Positions 1 through 8,172 of a stretch of DNA of 32,000 bases are shown piece by piece. Under the pieces are notes generated by a model, which was not told where the DNA came from, searched no databases, and saw only the letters and a list, made by a program, of their open reading frames with translations. How positions within the stretch are numbered: position 1 is the first letter of the stretch; every line of letters begins with the position of its first letter. The translations under genes and the position numbers were made by a program. This DNA comes from Candidatus Nitrospira inopinata (GTDB lineage Bacteria; Nitrospirota; Nitrospiria; Nitrospirales; Nitrospiraceae), in the NCBI RefSeq assembly GCF_001458695.1, contig NZ_LN885086.1:720001-752000 (forward strand), given 5' to 3'.

Positions 1-2
1 CG

Positions 3-1058
3 ATCTGCGGCCGTGTCCTTCATTTCAACGCCGACAAGGGGATGCTGGTGGCCGGTCAAGTCGAGTGCCGATTCGGCGGCGGCGCCGTTGTCACTCCCAT
101 GCGGTTGGTCATGGGCGATCGAGCCACCTGCGAGTGGCGGAGCAAGCGAATCCCGGTCAAGGACATCGCCGAACGGACGGCCTTTCACTGGTTTCAACGG
201 CACTTGCCCCGCATCAAGCCAGGTCACGATGTGGAATGTCAGGTTGAGCTGAAACCGGCGTCCGAGGAGTTGCGGTCCGTGACCGAACGGCCACACGAAG
301 TCGTGGCCAACGACACGTCCGCCACCGTCGGATACGCTCCCCTCACACCCACGGAACGGCTCGTCTTGCGGATCGAACAATTTCTCAACGGCCGTCTCTT
401 CAAGAAAGAGTTCCCGGACACGGGCGAAGACGTCAAGGTGCTCGCCGTCCGTCGCAAGAAGGAACTGACCGTCACAGTGGCGATGCCCTTCCTCGCTCCA
501 TTGATCCGTACCGAAGCCGTCTATTTCAAGCGGAAAACATTGGCAGAGCGCGTCCTGACCGATTTTGTGACACGCGAGTGTCCGGTGGACTTCTCTCCAC
601 ACGTCTTCTTGAATGTATTAGATCAACGTGGAGCCGGTGAGGCCGGCGCTTACCTGACGTTGCTGGGGACGTCGGCGGAGGCCGGTGACTCCGGCGAAGT
701 CGGACGAGGCAATCGTGTCTGCGGCATCATTTCACTGAGACGACCGGCCAGCGCCGAGGCCGCCCCGGGCAAGAACCCTCACGCCCATGTCGGAAAGATC
801 TATAACGTATTGGCTCAGACGATGGCGGAGGGCATTCACAATAAGGTCGAAGGCTTGCGTGACGTGACCGTGTGGATCACGAGCCAGATTGGCCGGCCAA
901 TTTCCTCACCACATTCCGTGGTCGTCGAAGTCATTCCGGCAAGGGGGACGACGCTGGCGTCCGTACGGCCGCAGATCCAGCGCGTCGTTCGAGCAGCCTT
1001 TTCACGTATGCCCTCCTTCTGCAAGCAATTGGCGCAAGGTCTGTACTCGGTCTGCTGA
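3..1058 (+). CDS. S-adenosylmethionine synthetase, archaeal type (partial, 5' end outside window)
   Basis: This frame is open from the window edge (ICGRVLHFNADKG precedes the first ATG at 42), so the true start lies upstream. The translation contains LLGTSAEAGDSGEVGRGNRVCG...APGKNPHAHVGKIYNVLA, which I recognise as the conserved core of archaeal-type methionine adenosyltransferase (Pfam AdoMet_Synthase family). It is not the bacterial MetK type. Confidence 0.8.
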   Translation: MCGRVLHFNADKGMLVAGQVECRFGGGAVVTPMRLVMGDRATCEWRSKRIPVKDIAERTAFHWFQRHLPRIKPGHDVECQVELKPASEELRSVTERPHEVVANDTSATVGYAPLTPTERLVLRIEQFLNGRLFKKEFPDTGEDVKVLAVRRKKELTVTVAMPFLAPLIRTEAVYFKRKTLAERVLTDFVTRECPVDFSPHVFLNVLDQRGAGEAGAYLTLLGTSAEAGDSGEVGRGNRVCGIISLRRPASAEAAPGKNPHAHVGKIYNVLAQTMAEGIHNKVEGLRDVTVWITSQIGRPISSPHSVVVEVIPARGTTLASVRPQIQRVVRAAFSRMPSFCKQLAQGLYSVC

Positions 1059-1146
1059 ACCTCGTACATGGGACATTTGCGAAGCGCAGCACCGATCTTG
1101 TCGCCCCGTGATCACCACCAGAGGTGATCCGCCGGCTGTGCCGACG

Positions 1147-1881
1147 ATGGAAGCAGGAGCTCACATTGCACCTCACCACCTCGGAAGAGTCGAGAAACGA
1201 CTTCTCCCCCCTTGTCTCGTGCGAACGAGGAACAAGACCGCTTGTGTTCCGATAATAACCGGCATCTTGTTTCTCCTCCTGACTGTAGCCTGTACTTCCC
1301 CCGTCGAGAGCCTGCGCCCGGCATCTCCGGACTCTCCTGTTCGAACGATCTTGATCTCACTCGACACCTGGCATGCCATGATTGCGTTTCCGATCGACGA
1401 ACCTGATCGTTCGTCGTCTGCACCGCATCGGTACGAGGAATGGGGCTATGCCGAACGGGCCTGGTATCTGGAAGGCCGGCAAGGGATAGGTGGCATCGTG
1501 CGCGCCCTGTTCTGGCCTTCGGAGGGAGTGGTAGAAGTTGGCCACTATCATCAAGTGTGGGCGAACCGCACCCCGCAACCGCCCGCCGAACTGTTTACTT
1601 TTTTTGTGAGTGACGAGGCCTATCACCGATTAAAGCGGCACCTGCGTGGCACCATCTCGGAAGAGACGCCGCTGGCCTCGATAGATCAATCGGTCTTTTA
1701 CCCTGCAACACAGTCCTACCATCTGTTTCACACCTGCCATCAGTACGCTGCCCTTGCCTTGCGCGAGGCTGGTTTGCCGCTCTCACCGTTCTGGGCCTTT
1801 ACTCGCACCAGCTTGGCTTGGCAACTCAAGCGCGCGGCGCAATCACCGGAGAACCACCCGGTTACCGTACCTCCTGCATGA
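1147..1881 (+). CDS. DUF2459-like lipoprotein (hypothetical)
   Basis: The ORF track gives 889..1881, but its first 86 codons overlap the preceding gene. The first ATG is at 1147. A GTG at 1219 would give a textbook lipoprotein signal (RTRNKTACVPIITGILFLLLTVA|C). Motifs DTWHAMIAFPID, EEWGYAERAWY and YHLFHTCHQYAALALREAGLP resemble the DUF2459 / TIGR02117-type family as I remember it. Confidence 0.6.
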   Translation: MEAGAHIAPHHLGRVEKRLLPPCLVRTRNKTACVPIITGILFLLLTVACTSPVESLRPASPDSPVRTILISLDTWHAMIAFPIDEPDRSSSAPHRYEEWGYAERAWYLEGRQGIGGIVRALFWPSEGVVEVGHYHQVWANRTPQPPAELFTFFVSDEAYHRLKRHLRGTISEETPLASIDQSVFYPATQSYHLFHTCHQYAALALREAGLPLSPFWAFTRTSLAWQLKRAAQSPENHPVTVPPA

Positions 1882-2566
1882 CAGGATATGAAGAGAGCAC
1901 GGAGAACGGATGAGATTGCCAACCCACGAAGCCTCCTTGGGTTTTCTTTTGCTCGTCGCCTTCTCTGTCAAGATCGCCGCACCACGGACATACCGCCCTA
2001 TGGATGCCGCCTCCGCACCGGCTCTTGCCGGCACTCCGTCCTACGACGGAAGAGTCGCCGGCCAATGTCGCCGCATGGGGCGAACAACTCGTGTTTGAAT
2101 GCTTGGGCCTGTCAGAGAAGGCACCTCCCTGACTGCCGAGGAGTAGGAATTCATCACACACACTTGAACGACCGAACGACTGCGGAGGCATCGCCCCAGA
2201 GCTACTCACGAGCGATCCCACGACGCAGGCGACGATCCGCGAGCACCCTGCGCGCCGCTGGAGGGCACTCAACGTGCGACAGCATCGCGATGGGCAGGAA
2301 GAGGTGTAGGGAAGACGCGAGAGTGTCGTTAGGTTGCCGGTGCCGTCGCGACTTGTTCCCGACCACCTAAATTTTGGTGATCGTTTCTTGTCGAAAACAC
2401 GCGCGGGTTTCGTCGCATTGCGCATCAGCCGCCGCCTGGACCAAAGTGCAGTTCCGTAAATGAAAAAGATTTCAGGCTTCTTTGGGGGCTTTACAAGACC
2501 GCCTCAAACAGTTGCCATCTTGAAGAGATTCCCCGGTACATTTTCGGCTTCCCCGGCAACATTCGC

Positions 2567-5500
2567 TCACAACATTTTTTGAAGCCCGTGCAACGCCGCA
2601 CGAACGTCGTTCATGGAGCGCTGACGTGTCGAATGCTGCTCCTCAACATCGAGACAAGTTATCGTAAATTGTGCAAGCTTTGTAATGAGGTCATCAGTGG
2701 CCACTACGCGAATGTCGCGGGCGCGAGCCGAGGCCATCAGATGCCGGTCAAAGGAGGTGTTCGTGATTAAGAAACACTCGCGCGGACGATTGCGAAGCGA
2801 TGCAGGGAGAATGTTATGCACGTAATATTCAACCCCGTTGACGAAGTGATCCACAACCTCGCTCGTGAGAGAGGATCCGACAGCCGAATGTTTGCATTCA
2901 ATAAGGGTTACTGCCCGATGTGACACAGCAATAACGTCTACTCCTCGGTCCCCGCTAACTGGTGTAAGGACAACCTTTAATCCTTCTTGTACAAAAAGTC
3001 TTGCGACCAGGGCTTCGAACATTTCTGGCGTCATGAGCTGGAGGTCTTCCTTATTCCGAATAGGCCGCACCTTCCCAGAAGACTGCGGACGCTCCTGCCG
3101 AAGGTGTTCGAATAATTCCGTTTCTAAGTTTTCCTCGGATGGTAATGGAATCAGAAAATCGCGAGCCTCCTGCTCCTTGGTTACCAACAGTTGATGGAGG
3201 CATTGGTCAAACGTGCGAAACTCACCCCGCGGGTCGCGCTCGATGGGCAAGTAGACATGGACGTCTCGTTCTTGTCCGATGCGGTAAACTCGGTCAGTTG
3301 CCTGCGCTTCTCTCGCAGGATTCCACCATCGGCCATAGTGGATAACATGGTTAGCTGCAGTGATCGTTAGGCCTACGCCGGCAACATCAGGCGAGAGGAT
3401 CAAGACATTGAAACCGGGGAGTGATTCAAAGTCTTTGATCCGATTCGTCCGATCTTTGACGATGTAGCGACGGCCGCTGATTGGTGACCCATTTATCACA
3501 CCGACGGCGAGCTTAAACTCGTGTTCGAACACAAGTTTGAGGATGTCTTGCATGGGACGAGACCGGGTGAAGATAATTGCCTTCTCACCTTGTTGACGGA
3601 TCACGTGTAGCGTTTCGACAACTTTCTTTAGCTTTGGAGACGATTGGAGATAACAAAGCGGGTCCTGTAGTTCCAAGCGCCTGGTTGCATCCAGTAGGAA
3701 AGGGTGCTGTGACAGTTTCGTTAGCCGATCAAGTAGTGCAAAGCGGTGCTCCTCGGTGCCGGGGTTCCGCATCCGAGCCAGGCACTCAAGGTGTAAGAGA
3801 CGCTGCTCAGGTGTAAGGTCTGTTTCGAGTATATGGGGCGGATGCTTGACCGGCAAACCCGACAGGAGTTTCTTCTCACGTCGGAGCAAGAACGCATCCG
3901 ACTTTCTATAACGCAGGCGGTCCCGCAGCGCCTGTAGGTGCTGCAGGCGCTCATCCAATGTGCCGGCCATGGCCGGCTCCTCATAGGCCTTTACGAACTC
4001 GCGGTAGCTCCCAAGCAACACACCTGGTTGCACAAAATCCATGATGTTCCAAATGTCCGAAAGTCTGTTCTCGACAGGTGTGCCGGTGAGGGCGATGCGA
4101 AATTTTGGATATAGAGCTTTGACAGCATGAGAAACACCGGTCGAACGGTCCTTGAACTCTTGCGCTTCATCGCTGATAACCATGCGCCAACGAATACGGG
4201 CGAGAGAGTATTGATAGTTTCGCACCGTCTCGTAATTGGTGAGCACCACACGATGGGCTTGGATTCGGTCAAGATCTAGAACTGAGGTCTGAGCCTGGGC
4301 CTCACGAAGAGTATTGGTGACACAACGAAACTGACTCAGTTTGGCACCATGAAGTACCAGCAGGGGCTCGAAAATTTCGCCACGGTTCGTGAAGTACCGG
4401 CGCATCTCCTCCTCCCATGTGGGAAGCAGCATCAGAGGCGCAACGATCAGGACAGGACCATGCCCGGAAGACAGGCCAACATCCGTGGGCGGAGCAGACT
4501 CTAGGTGTGCAGCGACGAAGGCAAGTACCTGGAGCGTCTTACCAAGGCCCATCTCGTCAGCCAGTAGCCCGCCGCGACGAATGGGGCTGTGACGGTACAA
4601 ATGTTGAAGCCATCCGATGCCTTCAACTTGATGGGGCATCAACCTGTCACAACGGATAAGGCTCTTGGGTAACTCAGGCACGAGTGACCCAGGGATCGAC
4701 TGTGCTGCCTCGTCGTACTCGAGAACTTCCTCATTGGCATAAATGAGGAGCTTCGCTGTGTCTGGCGATTCTTGCTTTTGGCGATTATTCTGTCGATCAA
4801 ATCGTTTAACGAGACTTGTAAGCGCACGGACAAGGGAATCAGTAACAGGCACACTTGCGTTCTTAAATTGGACAAAGTTCTCGCCGGCTGCATGGGCTGC
4901 GCCAACTTGTTCCGCAAAATTGAGAAGTTCATCGCGTGATTCAAACTGCACTTGCTGGGACTCACCATCGGCAAACTCATAGGCGAGCCCTACCTCAAAC
5001 ACTTCCTCCTGATTGAAAAGACGACGCCCACCTTTTCGCACATATGGAGAAACTCGTGCTGGGTACTTGCCGATTCCACGGACACGTGGGCCGTAGAGTG
5101 AGAGATCAATAAGATCGAGGTCACATACGCTCTCGAAACGCGAAGCAGGATTGCTGAGGATTGCGAGTTTCTCTTCGCCTCCTACATGTCGAATCTTGTG
5201 CATGACCTTAAGGGCTTCCTGGAGGTCTCCATGGAGAACCACGCGAACCCGGCCTCCATCATCGGACGGCAAGGCGTAGACTGAATCCACATCACTTAGC
5301 TGAAAGAAGACCTTCTTGAAAGCATCTCGTGGGACTCCGTCGAACGAGGGGAATAGGCTTATGCGACCATCCTCATCGAAGTCCACATCAAGGGACACTT
5401 TGGACGGAACCACGACATGAGTTGTAGTTAACAATGGGTCAGCTTCAGCATCCGATTCGTCGATCAGAGTCTTGATCGCTGCGAATTCTTTGAGGCTAGC

Positions 5501-6022
5501 GGCTGTGCTCTTGTGCTCTGATGGTAAGGCGTTGAAAGTCTCTATCGCGTTCAATAGACAGTACACGGCACGAGGAAGCCGGTAAATCATTTCTCCGACC
5601 AAAAGAAAGCATCCAAATCTCACAGGGGTAAACACTCGTGTTCCGAGTTTTAATTGAGCGATATAGCGAAAATCTGGAGCGCCAAAGATGCTGTGGGCTC
5701 GCACATGGACGGAGAAGGGTGCCCATTTCGTGATTTCACTAAACAGAGTCAAACTCTGGTCCTCAATAGTGTCTAGATGGTCATAAGGGACTCTGAGGTG
5801 CTGTCCTTCAGGAATGGCGAGTTCTTGGTCGACCAGTTGTTCCACCACGGTCCGCCAGGTTCGGACACAGGCCGATTCCCCCTGATACTCAGGCCAGCAG
5901 TCGCTCCGTGCGAGGCATACATGTGGATTGGATCCACTGTATCGCAACCACAACCCATCGTGCTCTGCTTTCAGGTGAATGTCCGGACCAAACTCTTGAA
6001 GGAGCAACGATTCTACCGGCAT
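2567..6022 (-). CDS. zorD: SNF2-family helicase fused to a C-terminal Mrr-like PD-(D/E)xK nuclease (ZorD-like)
   Basis: 1151 aa. SNF2 motifs:
- LMPHQVEGIGWL (about aa 461);
- motif I LLADEMGLGKTLQ (aa 486-498);
- motif II VISDEAQEFKD (DEAQ at aa 618-621);
- motif III LTGTPVENRLSDIWNIMDF;
- helicase-C GVGLTITAANHVIHYGRWWNPAREAQATDRVYRIGQ.

The C-terminal 155 aa (nt 2570-3034) read FEALVARLF...SGDRGVDVIAVS...TLIECKHS, which is an Mrr_cat-like D...ExK core. The N-terminal 455 aa or so has no motif I recognise. The ATG at 6022 lies 4 nt after the upstream gene's stop. Confidence 0.85.
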   Translation of the reverse strand: MPVESLLLQEFGPDIHLKAEHDGLWLRYSGSNPHVCLARSDCWPEYQGESACVRTWRTVVEQLVDQELAIPEGQHLRVPYDHLDTIEDQSLTLFSEITKWAPFSVHVRAHSIFGAPDFRYIAQLKLGTRVFTPVRFGCFLLVGEMIYRLPRAVYCLLNAIETFNALPSEHKSTAASLKEFAAIKTLIDESDAEADPLLTTTHVVVPSKVSLDVDFDEDGRISLFPSFDGVPRDAFKKVFFQLSDVDSVYALPSDDGGRVRVVLHGDLQEALKVMHKIRHVGGEEKLAILSNPASRFESVCDLDLIDLSLYGPRVRGIGKYPARVSPYVRKGGRRLFNQEEVFEVGLAYEFADGESQQVQFESRDELLNFAEQVGAAHAAGENFVQFKNASVPVTDSLVRALTSLVKRFDRQNNRQKQESPDTAKLLIYANEEVLEYDEAAQSIPGSLVPELPKSLIRCDRLMPHQVEGIGWLQHLYRHSPIRRGGLLADEMGLGKTLQVLAFVAAHLESAPPTDVGLSSGHGPVLIVAPLMLLPTWEEEMRRYFTNRGEIFEPLLVLHGAKLSQFRCVTNTLREAQAQTSVLDLDRIQAHRVVLTNYETVRNYQYSLARIRWRMVISDEAQEFKDRSTGVSHAVKALYPKFRIALTGTPVENRLSDIWNIMDFVQPGVLLGSYREFVKAYEEPAMAGTLDERLQHLQALRDRLRYRKSDAFLLRREKKLLSGLPVKHPPHILETDLTPEQRLLHLECLARMRNPGTEEHRFALLDRLTKLSQHPFLLDATRRLELQDPLCYLQSSPKLKKVVETLHVIRQQGEKAIIFTRSRPMQDILKLVFEHEFKLAVGVINGSPISGRRYIVKDRTNRIKDFESLPGFNVLILSPDVAGVGLTITAANHVIHYGRWWNPAREAQATDRVYRIGQERDVHVYLPIERDPRGEFRTFDQCLHQLLVTKEQEARDFLIPLPSEENLETELFEHLRQERPQSSGKVRPIRNKEDLQLMTPEMFEALVARLFVQEGLKVVLTPVSGDRGVDVIAVSHRAVTLIECKHSAVGSSLTSEVVDHFVNGVEYYVHNILPASLRNRPRECFLITNTSFDRHLMASARARDIRVVATDDLITKLAQFTITCLDVEEQHSTRQRSMNDVRAALHGLQKML

Positions 6023-6026
6023 GGCC

Positions 6027-7409
6027 TCACTCTGGCCTATGCAGGCGATAGTGGCGAGTTAAAAGACCCGTCATTTCGTCCTGCCATTGGTTGTGGCGAT
6101 AACGCCGATGCTCTAAGCGTCTGGCAGCTTCTCGTTCTACAAGGTCTCGGCGCTTCAGCTCCTGAACGGTCCATCGGCGATTCTGTTGATAGAAGTCACG
6201 GAACAAATCCCTAGCAATGGCTCGTGGGTAGAGGTACGAAGCATTCGGGCTCTTGCTGAATTCCACAATCACGACACTGCCAAAATCGAGAAGGAATGCG
6301 CTTGTATCAGGCGCATCGAGGAGTCCGTAAGAGGGAATCTGTTCATTCCGACGCTGTAGCCGCAATCGAATACGATCCTGGTCGTGACGGCTGAGCAATA
6401 CTCTGGTCCGCTTCAATTGTGGCAACCACATCAACCAGTACGGTTTTCGTCCCTGACGATCGCTTGACCGGTCAATAACTAAATCAAAGAAAAATTTGAT
6501 GTCTTCGCGAGAAAGCCACGAGATAAAGCGTTCCCTAGCAGCTTCTATCCCGATCCAACCAGCTTGATGAACACGAGGGTCGCCAAAATCTGTGGCTCCT
6601 AAAGCAAAGTTGATTATAATAGTTCTTGCCAGCTCATCCTTATCGCACCGCTGGCTGAGGATTGCCTTTGCCAACAGCTCTTTCACTCGGGATTTCGGTA
6701 TCCCCGGGTCGGCAAACAACGTCTGGGTCAAATATTCGAGCTGAGAAACGGGCACTCTTTCAATCCTATGAACAATGTGCTCTGCTGCTTGCGCTAGCGC
6801 CTCGGCCCAGAACTCCGTGTTGGTATGTAGAGCATAGGTAGCAGCAAAGGACTCAGGAATCGAACGCTTGTCGGCTAATTCCCTGCCCAGACGAACAGGC
6901 GCTTCGGATCCTATGATGTAATCGAGACATTTCTGCCACACACAGAGTGCCTTGAAGAACCCACGATAAGCTTGAAGGAAAGCCTCAAGTGCTTCCTCAA
7001 TGAAACGACGATTCCCGACTGTGAGCGAACACCACCTTGCATGGTAAGTATAGACCAATCCCAGCAGCGCATAAGGTGGTGGTGAATATCGCTTCCTGAC
7101 GAGATAGTGATAGAAGAGGGGGTCCGTTGCGCTGGTTGGGTGTTGACACAAGCGACCGATCTCATAAAAAGAAAGTTCGAGAGTGTCGTTGCTCTCTCTA
7201 TAACGCTGCCATTTTTGAAGGATCACTTCGTCGGCTGGGACAAGAAGACCCTTAAAAGGGGGAATGTCACCCCAAGACTTGACAAGCCGACTTAGTTTAG
7301 ACGGAAAACTCGGCACCCAGTTTAGCGGTTGATGGGCAGATCGCTTTACTTGCTTGTTGAGTTGTTGCAAAGCGGCGAAGGCATCCGCAAGGCTTATTGT
7401 CTCCGACAT
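6027..7409 (-). CDS. zorC: EH-signature-like protein (ZorC-like), function unknown
   Basis: The ORF runs 6027..7598, but its first 63 codons overlap the upstream gene by 164 nt. The ATG at 7409 (MSETISLADAF...) starts 25 nt after the zorB stop, so I prefer it. The position between the MotB-like gene and the SNF2 gene fits ZorC. The C-terminal segment FGSVVIVEFSKSPNASYLY...LEHRRYRHNQWQDEM carries conserved-looking E and H residues. The family assignment rests on context and memory, not on a search. Confidence 0.6.
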   Translation of the reverse strand: MSETISLADAFAALQQLNKQVKRSAHQPLNWVPSFPSKLSRLVKSWGDIPPFKGLLVPADEVILQKWQRYRESNDTLELSFYEIGRLCQHPTSATDPLFYHYLVRKRYSPPPYALLGLVYTYHARWCSLTVGNRRFIEEALEAFLQAYRGFFKALCVWQKCLDYIIGSEAPVRLGRELADKRSIPESFAATYALHTNTEFWAEALAQAAEHIVHRIERVPVSQLEYLTQTLFADPGIPKSRVKELLAKAILSQRCDKDELARTIIINFALGATDFGDPRVHQAGWIGIEAARERFISWLSREDIKFFFDLVIDRSSDRQGRKPYWLMWLPQLKRTRVLLSRHDQDRIRLRLQRRNEQIPSYGLLDAPDTSAFLLDFGSVVIVEFSKSPNASYLYPRAIARDLFRDFYQQNRRWTVQELKRRDLVEREAARRLEHRRYRHNQWQDEMTGLLTRHYRLHRPE

Positions 7410-7434
7410 GGCTAAGCCGTAAAGACTATGAACA

Positions 7435-8172
7435 TCAATATGCGCTTGTCTGCACCGGAACCACACCCCTCCGCTGCTCGGTCGACTTGATACGAATCTT
7501 GAAGACGACTCGACGCATGGCTTCACGTTCTTGGGCTGTAAGCTCCCGCTCAGGTTTGCCGATGAGTTCTGGAGGAGGCTCGCGGAGGCCTCTTCCATTG
7601 ACAGAGGTCATATTGAGAAGACAATCTCTCTTCTCCTCTTCTGTTTCCTTCAACACAAACAAGGTATGTTCCATCACTGACCGTGCACGATCCTGGCTGA
7701 GAGGGATATTGTGTTCGTCGGGATCCTTTCCAAGCGGGGCTGTGCGATCAGTGTGGCCCTCAATCACGATGGTCTGAATGTTTTCTAATTGGTCCTGGCA
7801 AATAACCGAGGTAAGTAATGGCACAAACCCCCTTAGGAATTCTTTTGCCTCCTCGCTAAGGTTTGATTTGTCAGGCTCAAACCTCAGGAGAGGATCTCGT
7901 ATCACTACTTCGATTCCAAGAGGATCCTTAGGATCTTTAGCCACTTTCACTTGGTGTAACGATTCATCCTGTGAACTCATGAGCTTTGCAACCAGGGTAT
8001 CAATGACGTCTTGTCTGATGTCCTGACTGACCTGACGAGACGCAAACTGCGTGCGGATGAATAGCGTCAGCAGCAATATGAAAATCACGGCCAAAGACGT
8101 CATGAGGTCTGTGATCCCCATGACAATCGTTTGATCCTTAGCAGTTTTGTCGCGAGTTACTCGAATCATCAC
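7435..8172 (-). CDS. zorB: MotB-like stator/plug protein with OmpA-type peptidoglycan-binding domain (ZorB-like)
   Basis: 245 aa. There is a single N-terminal TM with the channel Asp (IVMGITDLMTSLAVIFILLLTLFI, D22). The C-terminal OmpA-like motifs are IVIEGHTDRTAPLG, LSQDRARSV, NGRG and AMRRVVFKI. The start is GTG at 8172 or ATG at 8169. Either one overlaps the zorA stop (TGA at 8171-8169). Confidence 0.85.
   Translation of the reverse strand: MMIRVTRDKTAKDQTIVMGITDLMTSLAVIFILLLTLFIRTQFASRQVSQDIRQDVIDTLVAKLMSSQDESLHQVKVAKDPKDPLGIEVVIRDPLLRFEPDKSNLSEEAKEFLRGFVPLLTSVICQDQLENIQTIVIEGHTDRTAPLGKDPDEHNIPLSQDRARSVMEHTLFVLKETEEEKRDCLLNMTSVNGRGLREPPPELIGKPERELTAQEREAMRRVVFKIRIKSTEQRRGVVPVQTSAY

Noticed and set aside
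889-1146. N-terminal 86 codons of the 889-1881 ORF
   Set aside because: They overlap the 3' end of the SAM synthetase gene in another frame and are Arg/Ser/Pro-rich. The lipoprotein signal peptide begins much later, so the start was moved to 1147, or to the GTG at 1219.
2153-2165. Shared 11-mer CACACACACTT at about 2155 and about 11428, considered as island-flanking direct (att) repeats
   Set aside because: It is only 11 nt of low-complexity CA repeat. The flanking bases do not match, and it does not correspond to the tRNA-Lys 3' end. This is compatible with chance.
1862-2425. 187-aa minus-strand and 160-aa plus-strand (1888-2370) ORFs in the island border region
   Set aside because: Both are mutually overlapping and Arg/Ser/Cys/Gly-rich, with no SD or motifs. 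I treated the region as non-coding or decayed (see finding).
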